Origin: Nemertoderma westbladi
Taxonomy: Eukaryota; Animalia; Xenacoelomorpha
Assembly (NCBI GenBank): GCA_032718475.1
Contig: JAUCBJ010001151.1
Span: 1-64,000, forward strand
Direction: 5' to 3'
DNA length: 64,000 bases
Part shown: positions 34,545 through 47,700 of the stretch, in pieces
How positions within the stretch are numbered: position 1 is the first letter of the stretch
Layout: each line of letters opens with the position of its first letter
Notes under the pieces: generated by a model
The model's database searches: none
What the model saw: only the letters and a program-made list of their open reading frames with translations
Told to the model about the DNA's origin: nothing
Program-made: the position numbers and the translations under genes

Positions 34545-37500
34545 TCAGACTCTTCCGTCCTCGTCGGGGTAAGTGTCTACTTCCCTCGCTAGCCTCCACT
34601 GATTGTTGATGATTGTGTCGTCAGTGACGATCACTAAGTCACCTTTCTTTAACTCTCTAGTGGTGTTTCTCCACTTGCTCCTCCTGTGTAATGTGGGTAG
34701 GTATTCCTCGACCCACCTCCTCCAATACTCGGCGCTTATCGCCTTGGCGACTTTCCAACTCTGTCGGGAGTGTATGTCATCTGGGTCTACACCCCGCATG
34801 TCGATGGTCGCTGGCCTTTCCATCAGAAAGTGGCTCGGTGTTAGCACGTTATTCACGTTATTCCGGGTTGTCATTCTCCTGGTATAGCGGTCTGCTATTA
34901 ATGATTCCCTCACACTTAGCAAGCACCGTTCTTAGAATGTCCTCTGTCACCATGTGGGTGTTCATCAACTTCGTCATCAGACGCTTGGAACTACCCACAA
35001 GCCTCTCGACGCATCCTAATGTATGTGGTGCATACGGCGTCCTCTTTTCCCACTTCACCTGTCGTCTCCTCATGGCTGCCCTGACCTCTTCTCCTTCTAG
35101 GATGTCCAAGGCCTCCGCCAACTCGTTCTCCACTCCCACAAAGTTGGTTCCATTGTCGGAATAGATCACTGCGATCGTTCCACCTTTGCGGTCTCTAAAT
35201 CTCTCTAAGGCATTGATGAATGCCGATGCCGTGGCATCTTGGGCGAGTTCTATTCCTACCGCCCTCGTGTTGTTACATACAAAGATGATGCCGTATCGTT
35301 TCTCCGTGTGTCGCATCACCTTGATCTTAATCGGCCCGAACATGTCTATGCCGCAGTGCGTGAATGGCAGGTCGTGCTGTCTCACCCTACTGGCCGGTAA
35401 TGGCGCCATCTCCTGTACGGCCCTCTCCTTTCTCGTCTGTCGGCAGGTCTGGCACTGCCCCACTACCGCCTTTACCTTCTTCCTTAGCTGCGCGATCCAG
35501 AAGGTCCTCCGTATCTCTGTGAGGGTCTGGTTGGTGCCTCCGTGCAATATCGACTTGTGGGAGTCCCAAATGATCTGGTGGACTATCGGCGATCTGTTGG
35601 GGATGATAATGGGTTTTGGTTGGATGATAAGGCTGTTGTTATTCAGTACTCTGGAATTCATCACCAGAATCCCGTCATCATTGAGTTGTGGTGACAGCGT
35701 GATGAGCTCGCTGTCCCGACGAAGATGTTGTTGCTTGCTAACTCGATCCAGTTTGTCGGCGTAGTTCCTTCTCTGTTCGTATCGTATCACGGCCTTGGCC
35801 GCTCCCTCCAGATCGATGTTTGGTTTCCTCTTGGCATCCTTGCCAACTCCCTTGAGGAAATCCCCGTAGGCCCTCCAGTACGCTACCAACTTCTTGGTCT
35901 TGTACCAGCTGGAGCTGTAGCTGAGTAGCCTATCCGTGGGGTTGTCACATGGTTCTTCTGATTTCGGTTGCACCTCCCTGACCTCCCTCACCATCTGACT
36001 ATATATCTCTTCTCCTTCTGAATCTTCTCCCTCTTCCCCTGGTGCTATCTCCTCTGAGCCCGGGTCCACCTTCTTCATTGGTGGCCAGGCCGATCTATCG
36101 TTCAGGAAGTGTAGCCCATGCTGCCACAACACTTCCTTCTTTGAGAAAGTGTGGCATGCCACGCCCCTCGATAACAAGTCTGCTGGGTTCTCGTCCGTAG
36201 GGCAGTAGTGCCACCTTTCCAAGTCTGTCGTCGCCCTTATTTCGTCCACCCTATTCGCGACGAATATAGGGTATCTCGTCTTCTTGTTGTGCAGCCACCC
36301 GAGCACTACCATGGAGTCCGTCGAGTAGTGTGTCTCCACTATGTTGGGAATAGTGTCCATCAAGTAGGCTGTGGCCCTTACTCCTAATCTTGCAGCTGTC
36401 AACTCGAGTTTCGGGACTGACGCTGAATCTGGTGGCGTCGACTTTGCTTTACTGAATGCAAGTCTGGGCTTATGAGCCCCCTTTCACTGTACTAGGTAGA
36501 GTGCCGCTCTGTATGCTTCCAATGATGCATTGGAGAACATGTGTAGGTCCAGATCCATCATGTCCCCGTCCGGGAATACACGCATGGCATGCTGTACATC
36601 CCCATCGAAAGCAGGACAATTCGGTCCCGGACAATTCGGTCCGGACAATTCGGTCCCGGACAATTCGGTCCCATTAATTTTGTGTTTAGGGACCGAATTG
36701 TCCGGGACCGAATTGTCCGGGACCGAATTGTCCGGATACTGACTAGGACAATTCGGTCCCAAAACATGCTTATTAATGGGACCGAATTGTTCGGGACCGA
36801 ATTGTCCGGGACCGAATTGTCCGGGACCGAATTGTCCAGGACCGAATTGTCCGGGACCAAATTTAATTGGTACTATATAATGGTGAATGTTCTAGAACCT
36901 TAATATATATTATTATATGGTAGCTAGTGTTTTTTTTACTAGCTAGTATTTTTTTTTAAATAAAAAAATTTACTTTTTTTGTTAACATTATTATTTATGG
37001 TAGCTATGGTGTTTTTATGGAGCTTGTGAAATATTTACTAGCTAGTAATAGTATGTATTTAAAATGTTTAAAGCTGAATTTTTTTATATACTGTGTAAGT
37101 ATAATGTATGTGTTGTTGGTTGGTAACAAGCCTAAACTATTATCCTAGATAATAGCTGGATCTCATTCAGGGACTGTTATAATATCATCAATATGGTTGG
37201 TAATTAATATAATCAGCAACAGTTTAGGCCTAATTCTGAAATATCAATGTTTTCACAAGTGTTTTTATAATTTCAAGGAAATGCTAGCTAGTAAAAAAAA
37301 ACATTAGCTACACCTTAATAAATAATATATAATAATGTTCTCGAACACTACCAATAACAAAAATAAAAAAAATACAGTATTTTTAAAATTTCAAAAAATT
37401 CTAGCAAGTAAATAACACTAGCTACCATAACAAATATCTCTACTAATGTTCTAGAACATTCACCAATATCAAAAAAGCACTAAAAAGTTGCTATCAGGAA

Positions 37501-39848
37501 CCGGACAATTCGGTCCCGGACAATTCGGTCCTAGGACAATTCAGTCCTAGGACAATTCGGTCCCGGACAATTCGGTCCCGGACAATTCGGTCCCGGACAA
37601 TTCGGTCCCATTTATTTAGTGTTTTGGGACCGAATTGTCCGGGACCGAATTGTCCGGGACCGAATTGTCCGGACCGAATTGTCCGGGACCGAATTGTCCG
37701 GGACCGAATTGTCCTACATCCATCCCCATCTGTTCTAGACTCCCCGTCCACTTGCTCCATTGCTTGCTTATCTCTTCCGGGACCTCCGTATCCCACTCGT
37801 CCTTTAACTTATATACTTTCTTAAGTATCTGCTTCCCCGTGACTAACAATGGGGATGCCAGGCCTAAGGGATCGTATATCCTTGCTATGTACGATACATA
37901 GCCCCTTTTTGTGTGGATCTCCGTGCCCTCCTGGCTCAGTTGGTACTTGAACTCGTCTGTCTCCCGGTTCCACACGATCCCCAGCGCCTTCTGCTGAGAC
38001 TCTACTCTCTTGTCCGCCATATCCTGTCCATTGGCTGTTGTGGGGTTGTCCATGGTCGATTCTGGCCGCCTGTCTTCTATGGCTTTCATAAACTCCTCTG
38101 AGCTGGACTGAAACTTGGTCAGGTTAAATCTGGATCCTTTCAGGATGTCGCGAACCTCGCGCCCTGTTTCTAGTAATTCTTTAACCATATTTCCAGATTC
38201 CATCCTGTCGTCTACATAGAAGCCGCGTCGAATCATGTCCATCGCTCTGGCACTATACTTCCCCTCTTTCCCCTCTACTGTATCTCTTACAGCCACAGTC
38301 GTCGTGAATGAGGACGACTTGGCTCCCATGTTCTGCACCACCATTTTGTACATCGGTATTATCGACGGTTCCTCGTCGCCGTTGTACCATAGGAAGCGCT
38401 GGCTGTCGCTGTCCTCCTCCGTCACACGGACTTGGTTGAACATGTCTTCGATGACGCAGGTGAAGGCGTGTCTCCCATTTCTAAATCTCAACAGGACCTC
38501 TATCCCCGAGTTGTAGATATTGGGGCCCTCCAGCAGATAGTCGTTTAGGCTCTTGCCATTGATTTTAGCTGATGCATCAACCACCATCCGCAGTTTACCC
38601 TTCTTTGGGTCTAAATGAAGTGAAATGAAGTGGCAGGTAGTAGGTCCTGTCCGTGTTCGGTTCGTCGACCGGCAACTCCACGGCCCATCCTTTCTCGACG
38701 TACTTCTTTATCGTCCTATGGATGTACTCATCCTTCTCTGGGCTCTGTTTAAGCGTTTGCTTGAGTTTGCGAAGCCTCGTGAGTACCATCCTCTTGTTGT
38801 CAGGCAACGGTAACTTCAGCTGTTTCCACACCATGCCTATGGTGTACCGTCCCTCGTCACATCTCATTGACTCCTTCACACTCTGTACTGCCTGTTTATC
38901 CTCTACCGAGGTTCCGACCCCAGTCTCCTTCAGTCCTTCAAAATCCTGCCTCAACAGTCTCTTCAGCTGTTCCTCCGCTCCTTCATCTTTCATCTCCCTC
39001 ATAGTCCCTGCGAACATGCACCCCGATGTCTCCGACATCTTAAATGGAATTTTGGTTTTGATTGGGCCGTTTAGCATCCATCCGAATGGTGTTAGAATTG
39101 CCATCGGATCGCGCTGTCTGTCTTCCCCGAAGATCATCTGTACTCTTTCGTGAGCCATCGGGCAGTCCATTCCCACTATGATGGATACCTTCCTGACGTC
39201 CACCTCCAGTATCAAGAAATCGATGTTGTCCAGGAATCTGTATTGCTCGACCTCGATGTTGGTTGGTCGCCTGGCGTTTATGTTGATCGATTCTATCACC
39301 TGGATGGGGTCGATGGTCGCCCCATAGTCACATCCCGGTGCTATCGCTGATATCTGGCACCTTCCCGTCCTCATCTCCAGGACCTCATCTTTGCTGGAGA
39401 TGGTAGTTACCACCATCCAACTTGGCCTCGTCTTTAACCCTATCTCCTCGGCCACGCAATTCTCCACCAATGTGAAGGCTGCTCCGCTGTCGACCAGCAT
39501 CAAGGTAGTAACTGATCGACCGCCCTCTCCTATTACCCTCACCGGTACCACCCCCAGTAGCACCGTTCCCCTTTTCTTCGCCCCTATGGTGCTTGTCGCC
39601 ATTGTTTGACCTTTGCCTTGACCGAATCTTACTGGTGTCTCCTTACACTCTTCAACCTTGTGTCCTCCTACCATACATCGGTGACAAATTCCATTCTTAT
39701 CCGCATAGGCTTTCAGATCTTGTTCGGGTAATGCCTGCCAATGCTTACAGTCCATGGTCTTATGGGTTCTGTCTTTATGCAATTGACATTTGTATTCTGG
39801 GTTGTAACGTTCCCTATATAGCCCTACACGTATTGCGCGTAGGTTCAC
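34545..39848 (-). pseudogene. pol of element A (protease, RT, RNase H, integrase); frameshifted, interrupted by a MITE, catalytic residues lost
   Basis: LVDSGA protease; RT FTCVIEDMF (first catalytic D replaced by V) and YVDD; RNase H FSNAS (D to N); integrase GIDMFGP, SDNGTNF, VERLVG. Split over ORFs 38595-39848, 37616-38587, 34858-36402 and 34545-34922. Confidence 0.93.
36607..37720. mobile_element. Mutator/MULE-like foldback MITE inserted in the pol of element A
   Basis: 10-bp TSD CATCCCCATC (36597-36606 and 37721-37730). Both ends are built from 15-bp GGACAATTCGGTCCC units in forward and inverted blocks, around an AT-rich core. Confidence 0.9.
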
Positions 39849-42800
39849 GTCTACCGGTTTAGTGTTTTGGTTATTTGGGTTTGGCCGACTGGGTGTGTTG
39901 GGATTATATTTGTTCGTGTTGTTATTTTTTCCCTGTTCGTGCCACAGTCTGGCCCACTCCCAGCTATCTGTGGACTTGCAGTCCCCTGTGTCGCCGCGTA
40001 TGGTAGGGATTGTCTTAATTTTGGCAATGCATTTGCCGCATTGTGCTCTGGTTTCGGCCTGTTGTATTCGGCCCTCGGCGCCTTCCCCAGACTATCCTCG
40101 CTGTAGACTGGGTCCGTGATTAACTCTGCTTCCTAGTTGAGGAAGTTCGACATTTCCTCTAGGCCCGGTTCCGCACCTTTCTTCTCCCGGGTGGAGAAGG
40201 CAATCTTCCTCCATTTGTTGCGTAGCCATATTGGCAGTGCCTGCGCTATCATGGTGATGTTATTAGATGCGTTGAGTTCGTATGGCGTGTCTAGCGTCTT
40301 CAGCACGATTAACGCCTTCTCAACCTTATTCGCAAAGGTCTTTATACTAACAGGGTTATCCTGTAGGCCACCCGATGTTATTCCCCTCAGGGTCTGCCAA
40401 ATGATCTTGGCTGGGTGTCCGTATTCCCTGTCTAGGGCCCGCCATGCAGTTGTGAAGCCACCCCCGATGTCCTGATACTGCCTTATGATGTCGTACGCTG
40501 GCCTCCTGTGTATACCTGTAGATATTTTAGGCACTCCGCCTGCGTCAGGTTCTTAGTTAATATCTCGTTGCTGTACATGCGCCGGAATTGCAGGTATTCT
40601 TCCGGCCTGCTTCCGTCGAATTTAAATGGCTCTACAGGTGGTAATTCGATCCTGGTCTTGAGGGCATCAATAAGTGTTGCCATTCCCATTGCCTGTGCTT
40701 CCAATGGGTTCGAGGGATGCTGTACAGATTCTCCTGTTGGGTGCGGTCCACCCATCGGGCCTGTTGACTTTCTTTGCGTCGAATATATCATTGGGGGTAA
40801 CGGCCCCCTCCATATCTCCGTGTCGCAAGATCTGTTCTCGTCCAGGGGGTTCGATGTCCTTATTCCCGGTTGAGTGTATTGTTGATAATGTAATGGGGGA
40901 ATGTCACCCTGCCCCCCCCCCCCCCCCCACTGGTGGTATGTTTGGTACTGGGGTTGATGTTAATATATTGGGGCCCATACACCTATCTGCAATAACTCTC
41001 CCCTCCCCTGGATATATGTTATGTCCCTGCATATTATAGTCGTACTGCTGTGCTGGTACCGGTATAGGCCTATCCACTTCTTGCCTACCTACCGGTATAT
41101 ACGCTGCGACTTCCGGATCGAATCCCGTCATTCGCGCTACCATATCGTCTACACTATCTCTCCCAGCATGGCCTATAGTATGTGCAGTAAGGCCTACAGT
41201 ATGTCCTGCAGTCTGCATGTGTCCTTCCGGACCGAAGTTTAACCTTCTCAAATAATCCAAGAAGTCCTCCCTGCGACTACCGTACTCTCGATCGGCAGCT
41301 ATATCCCATCGGGAAGTTTCTCTTCGATCCCCTCTCCTGTTTTCGTCCTCGTACCGGTACATCCTGTACCCCTCTCCCGGCTAGTGATATATCTCGCCAG
41401 GCTGTGTCTCTCCGGGGTGACGGTAATCTCCCAGAGTTCGACCCCACTGACTCTCCAACTCCATCTCTACTACCGACGGCTCGCTATCCGTCCTCGCTCT
41501 CCGGTCGCTCGTAGCAACTCGTAGGTCTTCTATTCTCTTCTCTTCTTCTCTCTTCAGTGTAGCGTCCCCGCTCATGAGATCTCTCTTCGACCTCCTGGTT
41601 AAACTCCACTGTTCTTCTTCCGTCTTCCGACTGGGCTCGACGTCTCGTCGCTCGCCCACTCACGACTCCAACCTCTCTCTCTCTAGCCGGTTGGACGCTG
41701 CTGTGGATATTCGTAATCCCCCTACTATTCTCCATCGCCGGGTGCTGCGGTTCACCTAACTCGCCCCGCGCATTGTCCGCCGACGCTCGTGGGACATTCT
41801 CTGCCCCCCCCCCCCTCTCGCCACTAATCTCCCGTGGTGGGGCAGCCTTGCAGGCTCTCGCTGGTCGGACCACCTATGCTTGCTGCATTCATATTAATAG
41901 CACCATTATCAACAACATTATTGCCTAAATTATTTAAATTATCCTGTTCGGAATTTGGATTGTTATTTAAATTATTTTGTATATTTGAACTGGAATCGGG
42001 ATTATTTTGCTCATTTGAATTAAAATTATTATTTAGATTATTCTGCGTATTTAAATTTAAATTATTATTTGGATTATTTTCTATATTTAGGTTAGGATTA
42101 TTTGGATTATTTTGTATATTTGGATTTAAATTATTATTACCGGGTAAAATATTATTTCCTGCAATAAAAGTTTGCTTAGGGTTGTCTACTACGGTACTAT
42201 TAATTTTAATGCCTTCTAACATATTATTATTACCCCCCCCCCCCCCCCCCGCCCTACGGTTACACCAGTCCTGGGTCTGTCGTCCGGTGCCTGTAAGTGG
42301 GGTATTAACAAACGTTTCCATTACTTCTGGCTCCTCGTAAATACTACCTGAGCCAGCCTCGCTCTCAGTTCTAATCGGCGCTTTTGTTTGGCCTGATATT
42401 GCATAAGCCCCCTTAACCGGGCATGCATATCATCCCGCATATGCTTTCCTGCCCTTTCTCTCTCTCTGTCCTCTCGCAATCTCTGGTTTGCTAACTCTGT
42501 TTCTCTCACCACACGCTCTCTACGCTCGCTCTCTACTCTCGCCTCTCGCTCTTTACGTTCCTCTGCCTCTCTCTCCTCTTGCTCTCTACAGTTCTTCGCC
42601 ACCCTCTCGGCCCTCTCTCTACATTCCCTCGCCAGCTCTCTCTCTTTCTCTAACAACGCAGTTCCCTCATCCAACTGCCTCTCTAATTCTTTCTGGTCTA
42701 GCTCCACCATGTCTAGTTGACACGCCAGATCTATCTCTAACACCCTTCTTGCTTTCGCGGAGGATCTAGCGGACTTATCGGTCGCGACGGACTCCCATCG

Positions 42801-43514
42801 CCTCTCTGTCCTACTAACTTTCCCCCACCTTCTGGGGTTCTCGCTAACCGACGAGACCGAATCCTCGGGGTTAACCTCGGGTTCGCCCTCGTGCGGATCC
42901 GCCCAACCCACTAACTTAATTCCCCTGGCATCCACTAAGTACGGCCCTACGTTCACTACTTCAGGCTCCATAACCCCGGATCGCCACAGTTCGAATAGTT
43001 CGGTGGCAACCCCCCTCGCCCTCTCACTCGCCAGTTCTCCCTGCCCAAAACGGACCAGATACCGAAAGTGTTTGTTCGACTCACCTAGCCGTTGGTGTAA
43101 CTTGGCCTGGATTACCTTTCCTCCCTCGCTGGCCTCCTTTAACAGTTTCTTCGTGGCGTTGTAGGCCCGTCGCAGTTGATCGCTTGTCCCGACGTCCTCT
43201 TCGCCGACATCTCCTCCTCCTCTCCTGGTTCGGCGTCGTACCGGCGGCCCCACTGTCGCCGTTCCGGTGGGCCATCCGTCGCCCTCGGCCTGTGGCTGGC
43301 CGGCGACTTCGGTACTCCGACCGCCGTCATGCGTCGACTCGTCCCTTCCTTGTGGTAGACGGCCGCCCTCCGCTTGGGCTACCAGATTATCCCTCGTCGG
43401 CGAATCCGGCCGATACCGTTGCGTCGAGGCCTCACGGATCGTTTGGTTGGTATCGTCCGGGGTCCACGGCGGCGTTCTCTCTCCCTCTGATAATCGGGGT
43501 TCTCCTGTGCTCAT
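39849..43514 (-). pseudogene. Long gag of element A (multiple frameshifts), including coiled-coil and Asn-rich segments
   Basis: ORF pieces 42321-43514, 41824-42321, 40904-41362, 40483-40791 and 40133-40534. DUF1759-like KFDGSRPEEYLQF...CLKYL...AWRALDREYG motif. Confidence 0.85.
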
Positions 43515-43577
43515 CTTTCCTTTGCTTTCTTCGGCGTTTGGCAGTCACAGTTCAGTTTGCAGTTGGCTATTCTTCAC

Positions 43578-44197
43578 TGTGACGGGATCGGAGATCCCGA
43601 CCGGGTAAATATACTACGCGTCACCGTTCTGCCTTAGGGGTGGTGCTAGCAGGTTGGCCGAGGCCGATGTAGGAAAAAACAATGGGAGTTCGATGTTGTC
43701 TCTTGATATTGTAAATGCCGAAATGATAGCACAATAATAAGCAGAAGTACAGATTATATGATTGATACCAGTATGCTGTACTGATGTCGATGACGGTGAA
43801 GAGTGTTACCGGTCTGCACTAAAACTAAGTAACTGGGTAAACTGAATAATCAAACCGGTAACGGGATAATATATGTATGATTACTTCACCCCTACATTAC
43901 TTTGGCCTCTTACCTAGTGGATGCTCTCCTTCGCTCCCATTGGCTAACAACCTACTTCACACCCTTCCACTCTCTGGGAGTGTTTCCCCTCTGTTGCTAG
44001 CCCCTGCTAGCTGTGTCCCCTCCGAGGTGGTTTGACCTCTAACCTCCCTTTGTGTGTGGCTTCGGGGTTCGTATTGTCCCCCGATGTTGGTTGTGATACG
44101 AGATTAATTATTGCTAATCTCGTATATCCAACATATTGCTGAAAATCCAACTATCCCATTTTATGATGGTAATGAGGCGGAATTGAATCCGCTTACA
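43578..44197 (-). repeat. 5' LTR of element A (620 bp)
   Basis: Direct repeat of 16482-17103, located upstream of gag on the minus strand. Confidence 0.96.
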
Positions 44198-44755
44198 GTA
44201 CTTATAGAGGAGGTAGGAAAGCTAGGGAATTTTAATTTTAAGGTTTAAGAATTTTAAGGTAGGAAATTTTAAACATTTCACTCTAAATTGTACAGTTTTT
44301 GCAGCTTTACTGTGAATGATAATGTATAATTGGGACAGAGGGAATTCAAAATGTTAGACAATTATTGGGAGGCAATGAAATAATAATAGCCCAGTTTCTA
44401 AATAGACCATTATTTTACATCAAACTAACCAAGTTCCCCAAAAATTTTCGACCAAGTTGGTGGTAAAGTTGCTGGTAGACAGCAAACAAAATAAGTTGCT
44501 CAACAAAAAGTTGCTAGTTTCCAACAAAGTTGCTCAAAATGTTGCCACGTGTAAACCGGCTTTTAGGTTGTTCGTAATATTGTGTAACTAAATTAGAAGT
44601 ACAGTACCAATTAAAACTTACTGTAATGTTACTTTGATTAATTGTTTTTTATAATTTTATGTTTCATAATAATAATAAGCCTATCTAGACTTACACGGCA
44701 AAAACTACTGAACTAAAATATGACTTCCCCGGGATCGATATGAAACGTATTGGCA

Positions 44756-47700
44756 ACCTGGAAGTCGACTACACTAAAAACTCAGACCTGTAGGCGCCGA
44801 ACCTGGAGTACCTGGAAGTCGACTACACCAAAAACCCAGACCTGTAGGCGCCGAACCTGGAGTACCTGGAAGTCGACTACACCAAAAACCCAGACCTGTA
44901 GGCGCCGAACCTGGAGTACCTGGAAGTCGACTACACCAAAAACCCAGACCTGTAGGCGCCGAACCTGGAGTACCTGGAAGTCGACTACACCAAAAACCCA
45001 GACCTGTAGGCGCCGAACCTGGAGTACCTGGAAGTCGACTACACTAAAAACCCAGACCTGTAGGCGCCGAACCTGGAGTACCTGGAAGTCGACTACACTA
45101 AAAACCCAGACCTGTAGGCGCCGAACCTGGAGTACCTGGAAGTCGACTACACCAAAAACCCAGACCTGTAGGCGCCGAACCTGGAGTACCTGGAAGTCGA
45201 CTACACCAAAAACCCAGACCTGTAGGCGCCGAACCTGGAGTACCTGGAAGTCGACTACACCAAAAACCCAGACCTGTAGGCGCCGAACCTGGAGTACCTG
45301 GAAGTCGACTACACCAAAAACCCAGACCTGTAGGCGCCGAACCTGGAGTACCTGGAAGTCGACTACACTAAAAACCCAGACCTGTAGGCGCCGAACCTGG
45401 AGTACCTGGAAGTCGACTACACCAAAAACCCAGACCTGTAGGCGCCGAACCTGGAGTACCTGGAAGTCGACTACACCAAAAACCCAGACCTGTAGGCGCC
45501 GAACCTGGAGTACCTGGAAGTCGACTACACCAAAAACCCAGACCTGTAGGCGCCGAACCTGGAGTACCTGGAAGTCGACTACACCAAAAACCCAGACCTG
45601 TAGGCGCCGAACCTGGAGTACCTGGAAGTCGACTACACTAAAAACCCAGACCTGTAGGCGCCGAACCTGGAGTACCTGGAAGTCGACTACACCAAAAACC
45701 CAGACCTGTAGGCGCCGAACCTGGAGTACCTGGAAGTCGACTACACCAAAAACCCAGACCTGTAGGCGCCGAACCTGGAGTACCTGGAAGTCGACTACAC
45801 CAAAAACCCAGACCTGTAGGCGCCGAACCTGGAGTACCTGGAAGTCGACTACACCAAAAACCCAGACCTGTAGGCGCCGAACCTGGAGTACCTGGAAGTC
45901 GACTACACCAAAAACCCAGACCTGTAGGCGCCGAACCTGGAGTACCTGGAAGTCGACTACACCAAAAACCCAGACCTGTAGGCGCCGAACCTGGAGTACC
46001 TGGAAGTCGACTACACCAAAAACCCAGACCTGTAGGCGCCGAACCTGGAGTACCTGGAAGTCGACTACACCAAAAACCCAGACCTGTAGGCGCCGAACCT
46101 GGAGTACCTGGAAGTCGACTACACCAAAAACCCAGACCTGTAGGCGCCGAACCTGGAGTACCTGGAAGTCGACTACACCAAAAACCCAGACCTGTAGGCG
46201 CCGAACCTGGAGTACCTGGAAGTCGACTACACCAAAAACCCAGACCTGTAGGCGCCGAACCTGGAGTACCTGGAAGTCGACTACACCAAAAACCCAGACC
46301 TGTAGGCGCCGAACCTGGAGTACCTGGAAGTCGACTACACTAAAAACCCAGACCTGTAGGCGCCGAACCTGGAGTACCTGGAAGTCGACTACACCAAAAA
46401 CCCAGACCTGTAGGCGCCGAACCTGGAGTACCTGGAAGTCGACTACACCAAAAACCCAGACCTGTAGGCGCCGAACCTGGAGTACCTGGAAGTCGACTAC
46501 ACCAAAAACCCAGACCTGTAGGCGCCGAACCTGGAGTACCTGGAAGTCGACTACACCAAAAACCCAGACCTGTAGGCGCCGAACCTGGAGTACCTGGAAG
46601 TCGACTACACCAAAAACCCAGACCTGTAGGCGCCGAACCTGGAGTACCTGGAAGTCGACTACACCAAAAACCCAGACCTGTAGGCGCCGAACCTGGAGTA
46701 CCTGGAAGTCGACTACACCAAAAACCCAGACCTGTAGGCGCCGAACCTGGAGTACCTGGAAGTCGACTACACCAAAAACCCAGACCTGTAGGCGCCGAAC
46801 CTGGAGTACCTGGAAGTCGACTACACCAAAAACCCAGACCTGTAGGCGCCGAACCTGGAGTACCTGGAAGTCGACTACACCAAAAACCCAGACCTGTAGG
46901 CGCCGAACCTGGAGTACCTGGAAGTCGACTACACCAAAAACCCAGACCTGTAGGCGCCGAACCTGGAGTACCTGGAAGTCGACTACACCAAAAACCCAGA
47001 CCTGTAGGCGCCGAACCTGGAGTACCTGGAAGTCGACTACACCAAAAACCCAGACCTGTAGGCGCCGAACCTGGAGTACCTGGAAGTCGACTACACCAAA
47101 AACCCAGACCTGTAGGCGCCGAACCTGGAGTACCTGGAAGTCGACTACACCAAAAACCCAGACCTGTAGGCGCCGAACCTGGAGTACCTGGAAGTCGACT
47201 ACACCAAAAACCCAGACCTGTAGGCGCCGAACCTGGAGTACCTGGAAGTCGACTACACCAAAAACCCAGACCTGTAGGCGCCGAACCTGGAGTACCTGGA
47301 AGTCGACTACACCAAAAACCCAGACCTGTAGGCGCCGAACCTGGAGTACCTGGAAGTCGACTACACCAAAAACCCAGACCTGTAGGCGCCGAACCTGGAG
47401 TACCTGGAAGTCGACTACACCAAAAACCCAGACCTGTAGGCGCCGAACCTGGAGTACCTGGAAGTCGACTACACCAAAAACCCAGACCTGTAGGCGCCGA
47501 ACCTGGAGTACCTGGAAGTCGACTACACCAAAAACCCAGACCTGTAGGCGCCGAACCTGGAGTACCTGGAAGTCGACTACACCAAAAACCCAGACCTGTA
47601 GGCGCCGAACCTGGAGTACCTGGAAGTCGACTACACCAAAAACCCAGACCTGTAGGCGCCGAACCTGGAGTACCTGGAAGTCGACTACACCAAAAACCCA

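Larger units (their letters stand above)
16482..44197 (-). mobile_element. BEL/Pao LTR retrotransposon A (decayed, full length, with two nested insertions)
   Basis: LTRs at 16482-17103 and 43578-44197 (TG...CA). 5-bp TSD GTACT at 16477-16481 and 44198-44202. A purine tract (plus strand CTCCCCCC at 17104) abuts the left (3') LTR. gag-PR-RT-RH-IN fragments lie on the minus strand. Confidence 0.96.

Noticed and set aside
42319-42323. TAATG stop-start overlap in element A gag as termination-reinitiation
   Set aside because: The downstream frame is already open upstream of the ATG and the element has many other frameshifts, so simple decay explains it better.
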